Of a DNA stretch of 64,000 nt, positions 54,051 through 64,000 are shown one piece after another. The stretch is from Octopus sinensis (taxonomy: Eukaryota). The position numbers and the translations under genes are program-made. The stretch's first letter is position 1. The number at the start of each line of letters is the position of its first letter. The stretch is taken from positions 24,428,001 to 24,492,000 of the forward strand of contig NC_042997.1 of NCBI RefSeq assembly GCF_006345805.1. Reading direction: 5' to 3'. A model generated the notes under the pieces. The model made no database searches, had not been told where the DNA came from, and saw only the letters and a list, made by a program, of their open reading frames with translations.

Positions 54051-54243
54051 GGGACCTTGGGCAAGTGTCTTCTACTGTAGTCTCGGTCCAACCGAAGACT
54101 TGTGAGTGGAATTGGTAGACAGAGTCTGAAAGAAACCGTTCATATATATATGTGTGTGTGTATTGATATATATGTATATATAAAGGCGGTGCTCCAGCAT
54201 GGCCGTAATCAAATGACTGAAACAAGTAAAAGAGAAAAGAGTA
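54051..54243 (+). mobile_element. Internally deleted SINE family B
   Basis: ccttgggcaagtgtcttctact...SSR...aaggcggtgctccagcatggccg..aaatgactgaaacaagtaaaagag. Confidence 0.8.
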
Positions 54244-55119
54244 ATATATATATATATATATATATGTATATATGTAGATGTATATATATATACGAACATA
54301 TATGTATATGTTTTTGCGTATGCATGTAAATACATATATATATATATATACCTAAATGCATGTAAGTTTCTATGCATGTATGTAAACAAATATATGCATG
54401 TTTGTATGTGTTTGCATGCATGTATATACATGCATGTATATACATGCATGTATATACATGCATGTATATATACATGCATGTATATACATGAGTATGAGTA
54501 TGCGCGTATATAGATACAAGAATAGATACGCATATGACACTTTTCACTTGAGGTATATGTACCCATTACCCCTGACTTACATAAAACACAGGCGTACACA
54601 TATTTTGACACTCATACAAACACATACATATACAAAGACATACACATATACATCTGTTATAAATTAATAACGCGAGATTACATGCAAATAAAGCCAACAA
54701 ACAAAGAAATAAACACAGCATAAAAATAAGTTTCAAAACGATTCAGTTATTCTTTGAGATATATATTTATTACGGGTATAAAACTAAGACACTTTTCACT
54801 TTGATCTTAAGTGAAATATAATGTAATCTCACCTACACCAAAATGGCAAACCCTACTAAAAGTTCAAAGTATTAATCTATAAGCATCATATACTTGGCGC
54901 CATCAGAGATTTGGCTTTCTTTTCTTCTCTCCTGTCAGAATCATGTTGTGTGCAGCATAGACGAATAAACGCTGGTTCAAGTTGTTAATGAAAATATTTT
55001 CAGTTCGTCATATCCATGTCATGAACTACGAAAGAAATTCGTTAAATATCATGACACATGCATTCCATAACACATATAGGCTTTGACATACGCATATATT
55101 CGGGTGTGTGAATTAGCAA

Positions 55120-55219
<100 letters not shown>

Positions 55220-55510
55220 ATATAAATATATAATATTATATAATATTATATATATATATATATATAATATTATATAATATCATAATATATATATATATAT
55301 GTGTATATATATAATATATAGTTGAAATTTACAGAATAATGACAGGTGTATGAACAACAAGCAGGTGTATTTTGATGCTGGAGAAAGTGAGAAAGTCTTT
55401 TACGTTTCGAACCTACGCTGTGCAACAGAAAGAAATAAGAAAACAAAAAGGGAAAGAATAAAAAAAATTGTAGATTTAGCGATGAAGCATAAGTATATGT
55501 ATAACCATGT

Positions 55511-55568
<58 letters not shown>

Positions 55569-55745
55569 ATATATATATATATATTTTTATATATATATAT
55601 ATACATACATAGACACGAATACGTTACATATATATATGCTCATGCATAGATGAAAAATTTGAATATATGAAAGATAGAACAGGAAAATGAGAAAGCATAT
55701 AAACCAAGGTAGAGACTGTAAAATTTATGAGAAGGAAAAAGAGGG

Positions 55746-55950
55746 AAAGTGGCCGTGTGGTAAGTGTGTGTGTGTGATTGTGTGTCTGTGTTTGTCCCCT
55801 AGCATTGCTTGACAACCGATGCTGGTGTGTTTACGTCCCCGTCACTTAGCAGTTCGGCAAAAGAGACCGATAGAATAAGTGCTGGGCTTACAAAGAATAA
55901 GTCTTGGGGTCGAATGACTGAAACAAGTAAAAGAGTAAAAGAGAAAAGAG
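55746..55950 (+). mobile_element. Deleted SINE family B
   Basis: Head gtggccgtgtggtaagt fused directly to the (GT)n tract, then a mostly intact 3' half. Confidence 0.85.
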
Positions 55951-56857
55951 AGTCTCTTTTCTACTTGATTCTTACATTGTGGTTAGAATGTTTCTCGCAC
56001 TTCGAAATTACACAGTTCCAAAGATTCTCCTTTGTGACATCTCTCTTTTCATCCTTACTTTTTCTCCCCTCCGTACTCTTTAATAAGGACTTCTTCATTC
56101 GAAGTATATCTCTCACAGATCTTCCATTTTGTCGCAAACAAGAGCACACAGTTTTTCACTCCTAACTCTAATATCTACTGTATGAATCATAATGGCATGA
56201 GAAGACTAGAACACATTATAAATGCTATCCTTTCCTCCTCAGAATATCTTATATTTAAAAAATATATACCAACTGAAGAAAATAGAGAAAAAAATGTCTA
56301 ACATACATAAATGGAATTATAATGAAAGCAAAGGTATAGAATGAACATTTTTGACATTGTGTTATGTATATAGTAACACTTAAAAAATTGTTCTAAATTA
56401 AACAATACTGTGAAGAATAGAATCACGAATACAAATAATCGTATTTTGTTATTTTTATCACTTCAATTTTTGTAATTTTTAGAAGATAGAACAGTTAGTT
56501 AGTTGCAGTAATTTTTTTCTGTGTATTTAGTGTTCTGTAATTACGTGATTGTAAATAATCGAGTCATCCATTTTTGTTAATACTGTGTTAGATGTGTATA
56601 AGATATTTATTTTCAAAAAATGGGGAATATACACATCTAGTGAAATAGGTGTTTAATCTTGGTTTATGATCGTTTTATAGTAATGTATAATTTTATTGGT
56701 TCTCGTTCTAATAGAACTAACTATATTTTTCATTTTATTTGAAACACTTTCAATTATGTAGTTTTCTTCTACAATGGACACAGCGCAACAGTATTGTTAC
56801 AAAACGTAACTATTATAACTTCATCACTGGAATCAAATACGTTATATATAATTGAGC

Positions 56858-57244
56858 TGTGGAGGCGCAATGGCCCATTGGTTAGGGCAGCGGACTCGCG
56901 GTCATAGGATCGCGGTTTCGATTCCCAGACCGGGCCTTGTGAGTGTTTATTGAGCGAAAACACCTAAAGCTCCACGAGGCTCCGGCAGGGGATGCTGGTG
57001 ATCCCTGCTGTACTCTTTCACCACAACTTTCCCTCACTCTTACTTCCTGTTTCTGTTGTACCTGTATTTCAAAGGGCCGGCCTTGTCACTCTCTGTGTCA
57101 CGCTGAATATCCCCGAGAACTACGTTAAGGGTACACGTGTCTGTGGAGTGCTCAGCCACTTACACGTTAATTTCACGAACAGGCTGTTCCGTTGATCGGA
57201 TCAACCGGAACCCTCGTCGTCGTAACCGACGGAGTGCTTCCAAC
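56858..57244 (+). mobile_element. Full-length SINE family A with 12-bp TSD
   Basis: TSD atataattgagc at 56846-56857 and 57245-57256. Confidence 0.93.
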
Positions 57245-57288
57245 ATATAATTGAGCAACAAAATATCAAGAAAGAAAATAGTAATATT

Positions 57289-57365
57289 TCTTCTACTATA
57301 GCTTTGGGCTAACCAAAGCCTTGTGAGGGGATTTGGTAGACGGAAACTGGAAGAAGCCTGTCGTA

Positions 57366-57437
<72 letters not shown>

Positions 57438-57699
57438 GTGTGTGTGTATATGTATGTATATATGTATGTGCGTGTGTATATGTTTGTACGTTTGTGTTTG
57501 TTCCCCCAATATCGCTTGACAACCGATGCGGGTGTGTTTACGTCGCCGTAACTTAGCGGTTCGGCAAAAGAGGCCGATAGAATAAGTACTAGGCTTACAA
57601 AGGCTTAAGTCCTGGGGTCGATTTGCTCGAATAAAGGCGGTACTCCAGCATGGTCGCCGTCAAATGACTGAAACAAGTAAAAGAGTAAAGGAGTAAAAG
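57289..57699 (+). mobile_element. 5'-truncated SINE family B
   Basis: 5' body, long TA/TG tract, 3' half and tail. Confidence 0.88.
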
Positions 57700-58162
57700 T
57701 TATTCTCCGAATTCACCGCCAACAACAAACGAAGCATATACACATACACTGACACACCCATCCTCAAACACGCACACATAATGCGCGCGTGCACACACAA
57801 ACGATCACACACATCCGCTAACACAAACACACACTTAAGTGTAATTATATTTCTTTAAGTATATACATAGTGTTAAAGAATGAGCGCAAAATGAAGACAA
57901 GACGGGAAGGGCTTATATTTTTTAATTCATACACCAACACACATACATACATACATACATACATACATACATACATACATACATACATACATACGTACAT
58001 ACATACATACATACATACATACATACATACATACGTACGTACGTACATACATACATACATACATACATACACAAACACAAACACATACACACACAGAAAC
58101 ATATATTCATAATGCTAGGGACAGAGTATTATCGGGATTTATAGTAAGCTACATATCAGTCA

Positions 58163-58532
58163 AGCTTGTTTACCAACCACATGGTTCCGGGTTCAGTCTC
58201 ACTGCGTGGCACCTTGGGAAAGTGTCTTCTACTATAGCCTCGGGCCGACCAAAGCCTTGTGAATGGATTTGGTAGACGGAAACTGAAGGAAGCCCGTCGT
58301 ATATATGTACATATATGTATGCGTGTGTGTGTGTTTGTGTGTCTGTGTTTGTCCCCCTAGCATTGCTTGACAACCGATGCTGGTGTGTTTATGTCCCCGT
58401 TCGGCAAAAGAGACCGATAGAATAAGTACTGGGCTTACAAAAGAATAAGTCCCGGGGGGTCGAGTTGCTCGATTAAAGGCGGTGCTCCAGCATGGCCGCA
58501 GTCAAATGACTGAAACAAGCAAAAGAGTAAAA

Positions 58533-58535
<3 letters not shown>
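58163..58535 (+). mobile_element. SINE family B
   Basis: aaccacatggttccgggttcagtc...gaaacaagcaaaagagtaaaaag. Confidence 0.9.
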
Positions 58536-58563
<28 letters not shown>

Positions 58564-59147
58564 ACAACAATAACGCCATACAGTGAAATATGATCAAATG
58601 TAAAAGAATCTGATTCATGTCCTCCCTTTCATCGCATATTTCAAATGATTTACTAGTAGGCTGAAAAAGATATCTACAACTTGATCGACGTACGTTATAT
58701 TTCGGACTAGATTCTCCTACGTCAAAGCGCTTCCTTCATCCACGTACTTTATCCATGTATCATTAATCTATCAATATGAATGATTTGTTGCTACACAATA
58801 ATAGCAGGAATAACGATACTCAGGGAAATTCGAAGCAACCTGTACATTACGAATTCCTCTAGCAGATACGTAGTTATAATCTTGATAATAGTTAAGCTAA
58901 TTTCAGCTTATTTATTGCAATAAGTATCAGAAATTCCATATCGCAAAAAGTATACGGCGAGGGAAACAAAGCTTAGTAATTAATATAATATTTATCATTT
59001 TGGAATATATGATGGACATCTGAGATGTTTCCGTTGCATCATACATACTCATCAAAGTAGAGTAAATATTTCCAAAATATTCATGCGTGATTTCCTATGT
59101 GAATGTATAATATCCTGCATGAGTAAACCTAAAAAAACGTCAACATG

Positions 59148-59295
59148 TAGGCACAGGCGTGGCTGTGTGGTTCTGGGATAAGTCCCGCTGCATGGCATCT
59201 TAGGTAAGTGTCTTCTGTTATAGTATCGGGGCCGACAAATACCTTGTGAATGGATTTGTTAGACGGAAACTGAAAGAAGCCTGTCGTGTATATAT

Positions 59296-59330
<35 letters not shown>

Positions 59331-59457
59331 CCCTAAAATCATCCCTGTAATCCTAAAATCATTGTAACCATTGGTCCAGCCGTCTGGCCGTGAAGTGGGA
59401 ACGGACAAAGGGACGGACATATCGCCCATTGTACTATTATATAAATATATATATATA

Positions 59458-59490
<33 letters not shown>

Positions 59491-60410
59491 TTATATAATA
59501 GTACAATGGGCGATATGTCTGTCTGCCTGTTTGTCTGTCCGTCCCTTTGTCCGTTCCCACTTCACGGCCAGACGGCTGGACTAATGGTTACAATGATTTT
59601 AGGGATTACAAAAACGGTCGTCAGGAAGGTTTTTACCTTTAAAAATAAATCAGAGAGCATGATTATTTCGTGGATATCGATTTTTTAAGTGATAAACCAC
59701 CTTCGCATTTTAATTTAAAATTCTCCGACCACGTGTAACTCTGGATTTCATCGTACGATTCGTGGTCCCATCGTAGATTGTAAGGGGGTCACGAGGTCTG
59801 TAAATAGCGAAAATAAAATTGAAAAAAGGTGTGTCAATATATAGTATGTGTGATTATTTAGTAGTTATTGAAGTGTTTCAGTCTCGAGCCGGATTCGAAA
59901 CGGCTAATCGAAGTGGCTCTTGTTTACATCTTAGTTTTGTCAATCAAAATAACCTATAGCGCCAGAACATCCGGACTAATTCCAGTAAATTCATAGATAT
60001 ATGGATAAACCGGAGGTAGCTAGGATGTAAGACATCCCTGAAAGAGCAATCTCTTTCTTTACAAGACCTCTTATATATGTGTGTGTGTGCGTGTGTGCGT
60101 GTGTACATATATAATTATATATTTATATACATATATGTATACATATTTGTTTGTGCGTGTGTATGTTCTGTGTATGTGTGTGTGTGTGTGAGTGTGTATC
60201 TGTGCGTGTGGTTTTGTATTTGTGTTTGTCCCTCATATCACCACTTGACAACTGGTGTTGGTGCGTTTACGTCCCTGTATCTTAGCAGTTCTGCAAAGGA
60301 GACCCAAAGCATAAATACTAATCTTCAGAAATAAGACCTGGGGGTCAATTTGTTCGATTAAAACCATTCAAGGTGATCTCCAGCATGATCGCAGTGAAAT
60401 GACTGAAACG
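59148..60410 (+). mobile_element. Old SINE family B split by a nested insertion in its central microsatellite
   Basis: 5' half at about 59148-59290 and degenerate 3' half at about 60215-60410, separated by about 750 bp of foreign sequence. Confidence 0.6.
59348..60075 (+). mobile_element. Helitron-like non-autonomous element with a fold-back of its 5' end
   Basis: TA tract then (tgtc)n and cacggccagacggctggacc, typical of non-autonomous Helitron 5' ends; 59348-59608 is a near-perfect palindrome; 3' end uncertain (CTAG at 60020). Confidence 0.45.
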
Positions 60411-60454
60411 TAACAATTTTTTAAAATATAAGAATATATGAAATTATGAAAAGG

Positions 60455-61627
60455 GGAGGGACTTCCTTCCATCTATTTACAAGATTTTAAATCCCATCAA
60501 TGTAAAACTCTTTTGGCGTCAAAGCGGAGAAGCCTGAAATGTCAGTTTCGACCTCCTCCTGGCTTGCGAAAGTTATGTCCCCCAAATTATTCTGTAAACT
60601 ACATAATAAATGATAGTCTGAAGTAGCAAGGGTGGGAGAATAAGGTGGATGAGGAATTTTTTTCCAACCAAGCTCTTTGATCTTGTGTAATGTGATATTT
60701 GCAGTGTGTGGTCGCAAATTGTCCTGATGAAACATCACTCCTTTTCCGATTCATTAAATCGGGTCTTTTTTCTTCAAAGCTTGGTTCAAACGCTCTAATT
60801 GCTGACAGTAGACTTGAGCATTGAATGTTGCATTAGGTGGCAACAATTCAAAGTGAATTACTCCTTTGCAATCCCACCAGATAGAGGGAAGACACTTTTT
60901 TCCATGAAGTTCCATTCTCGATTATGGTTGAGCTTTTTCCCTTTTACCAAGCCAATGTTTACGACATTTAACATTTCCATAGAAGATTCATTTGTCGTCA
61001 CCAGTCACAAGTCCATACAAAAAGGGTGAAATGAGTTCGCGAGAATGGAGAGAAGAGCAGATGTCAACTTGAAATTTGCGGTTGCTTTCGGACAATTCAT
61101 GAGGCACCCATTTTCCAAGTTGAGGAACCTTTCCAAATCGAAAAGGACGAGGAACAGTTGTATGGTTTGAACTAATCTTTATTGCCAATTTTTCAACTGA
61201 TAATGCAAGATTTTCTTCAAATAATGCCTCAAGGAGCTTATCATCAAACTCAACTGGACGTCCTGTTCGATCTTCATCTTCAAGACTGAAATCTCCACTT
61301 CTAAATTTTGCAAACCATCTCCTGCAATTTCTTTTATTCAAGCATTCTTTCCCATAAACTGAGTGTATTTTTCAAGTCTCTTCGGCTGCAGAATTTCCAT
61401 TTTTGCACTCATAAAGTCTTAAATGCTCTTTGAATACTTCCATATTATAAAGTGTTTTAATCAAAATAAAATTTAATTCTATTATTCTGTAAAATAATAT
61501 TTAATTAGTTTAAACGTACACAAATGCAAACAAATAGTTTTAATTCCATTAGACATTCTAAAATACTATTAAATTTCATCCAATTTTAAAAACGGTAAAA
61601 TCGAACAGAACTTATGGGATGACTTGA
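60455..61627 (-). mobile_element. Decayed mariner (DD34D), 3' TIR missing
   Basis: 5' TIR-like tcaagtcatcccataagttc next to TA; ATG at 61443; GRP, KWVPHEL, VTGDDK, HQDN..H, PPYSPTLATSDYHL (34 residues between the two D); several stops and frameshifts. Confidence 0.92.
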
Positions 61628-62764
61628 TATATATCGTACAGAATATATGGAAAGTGTTCATGTTTCTGAGATTGTATGCATGTGCGTATGTATACATATA
61701 TATATATAAATGTATAAAAATCACAGAGGGTGAGTTCAGTAATACTTTCATACTGCTTTAATTTTTTGATTTATCAACTAAATAAATCCAATGCACTATT
61801 TTGTGCTAAATTGAATCAAGGTCACTCACAAATTATAAGAAAACTAATGTAAATAAATAAATTCATAAGCTACACTTTTTTGTTGAAATCAAATAAATCA
61901 TAAAAGATAGAAGAACGAAAATGTATAAAAATATTGTACAGTATTTTAGTCATCTACTTAACAAAGCGTTATAATATTTGAATTTCACGAAAGGAATTGA
62001 GCGTGGAAGATTATAAATATAAATATAACTTAAAAAAATACACTGACGGAAGAAAAAAAATAATAAATATACATTAAAAGGTGTAAATGAAATAAAAAAT
62101 AACATAAAGGGCTAGAAGGCAGCATGAGTTTGCTGTGAATCTAATTGACCATTAAGGGGTGCTTTTCTATGAGAGCTGTTTCTTGTTATAATTAATCTAC
62201 CAGACTTCCGGATATAAAAACAGCACTTATGAAATGTCGAATAATTTACACTGAAGGTTCTAATCTTAAAAAGTACACTAAGAAACAATCTCTAACTGTA
62301 CACAGTGGTGGATATGTAAATATATGCATGGTGTATGAGCATTATGCGCGCGCATATCACTACATTTCTATCAATTACGATCCCTATTGATCAACTTTTT
62401 TCCTCTCCCCTTTTCTCCCCCCCCTTTTTTTAAAAATCCTCCCCTTTTTTTGTCCTCTTTCTTTCCTTTTACGATCCCTTTTGATCGAAAACCAACCCCC
62501 TTTTTTTTACCCCCAAAAGAAAAGCTCTACCTTGTAATTTGTTCTGTCTGTGTGCAGCCCTGTGTGGCTAATAAAGAAACATATCTTTGAATTGATAGGT
62601 ATAATGACATAGTTGTAACGGCTTTTGCATATAACAGTATGTATAAAATAATAAATTCTCTTAACATTATAACTTTTATTATATAGGCTTTTCCTTCTTT
62701 GAGCGTTAAATTTACTTTTACCATCCATCTCTTTTACTTTAGTGGTAGTTTTTGCATTTGATTT

Positions 62765-62803
<39 letters not shown>

Positions 62804-62804
<1 letters not shown>

Positions 62805-63010
62805 ATTTCTTTATTGCGCAGAAGGGGCTAAACATAGAAGTGACAAACAAGGACAAAGAGATTAAGTCGATTACATCGACCCCTGTGCGTAACTGATACT
62901 TAATTTATCGATCCCGAAAGGATAAAAGGCAATGTCGACCTCGGTGGAATTTGAACTCAGAACGCTAAGTATTTCGCCCGGCGTGCTGACATTTCTGCCA
63001 GCTCGCCGCC
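62804..63010 (-). mobile_element. SINE family C inserted in a (TCTA)n tract
   Basis: Matches 31202-31433 with small deletions. Confidence 0.88.
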
Positions 63011-63044
63011 TTATCTATCTATCTATCTATCATCTATCTATCTG

Positions 63045-63085
<41 letters not shown>

Positions 63086-63231
63086 ATATCTATCTTTCTA
63101 TCTATCTGTCTGTCTATCTATCTACCTATCTATCCATCTATCTATCTATCTGTCTATCTATACCTTTTATCTATATCTTTAATAAACGAGAAATGACCAT
63201 GCTGGGAACCGCCCTGAAGAAATTTAGAGGA

Positions 63232-63244
<13 letters not shown>

Positions 63245-63269
<25 letters not shown>

Positions 63270-64000
63270 ATATATGCATGTGTGTATATATATATGTATA
63301 TTGTGTGTTTGTATGTATGTAATATTTAATCGTCAGAAATCATATAGTGGCTCAAATGTCGAAAGGTTCATGCATGAACGCGCATCAAACTAGTTTCCTT
63401 AATAACACGAATATTAACAAAAATCAAGATTTCGTTACCTTGAGCGGAAAAGCGTTATACTGTTACGCCGTCTGCTGGAAACAACAACCAAATCTTGGGC
63501 TCACAATCTACTATGTTACTCTTTTACTTGTTTCAGTCATTTGACTTTGGCCATGCTGGAGCACCATCTTTGGTCGAGCAAATCGACCCCAGAACTTATT
63601 CTTTGTAAGCACAGTACTTATTCTATCGGTCTCTTTTGCCGAACCGCTAAGTTACGGGGACGTAAACACACCAGCATCGGTTGTCAAGCGATGCTGGGGA
63701 GACAAACATAGACATACAAACATATACACACGCACATACACACACACACACACACACACCACACACACACACACACACACACGTATATATGCATGTGTGT
63801 ATATATATATGTATATTGTGTGTTTGTATGTATGTAATATTAATCGTCAGAAATCATATAGTGGCTCAAATGTCGAAAGGTTCATGCATGAACGCGCATC
63901 AAACTAGTTTCCTTAATAACACGAATATTAACAAAAATCAAGATTTCGTTACCTTGAGCGGAAAAGCGTTATACTGTTACGCCGTCTGCTGGAAACAACA
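63245..64000. repeat. Near-identical tandem duplication (period about 515 bp) running off the window, containing a SINE B 3' half
   Basis: About 63250-63486 repeats at about 63765-64000 with a single 1-nt indel; 63518-63720 is a minus-strand family B 3' half. Confidence 0.9.

Noticed and set aside
58690-59055. Two further hammerhead-like strings on the minus strand (TTGACGT..GGA/TCC..GAAAT; TTGATGA..GAAAC-ATC/GAT-GTC)
   Set aside because: The cores are mutated and no stem I can be formed; compatible with chance or extreme decay.

Overview
AT-rich, repeat-dominated eukaryotic DNA with no recognisable intact host gene. The microsatellite load and the tRNA-derived SINE families best fit a coleoid cephalopod, probably an octopus (inference from sequence recall, not from a search). 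Most ORFs in the supplied track are microsatellite artefacts. DNA transposons: a full-length IR/DR Tc1 (DD34E, one premature stop), three decayed mariners, a mariner MITE and two Helitron-like non-autonomous elements. Non-LTR retroelements: RTE, L1/Tx1-like and CR1/L2-like LINE fragments, plus a stack of four R4/Dong-like LINE 3' ends nested in (AAT)n tracts at 47.2-49.6 kb. There are about 25 SINE copies, many with clear 7-14 bp TSDs. The most unusual signal is a set of minimal type-I hammerhead-ribozyme folds: one essentially canonical at 19853-19902 (-), one inside an interleaved inverted-repeat cassette at 46.3-46.5 kb, and one fused behind a tRNA-like head in a small retroposon inserted into a LINE at 47609-47865. 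All alignments were done by eye, so coordinates of degenerate elements are approximate.
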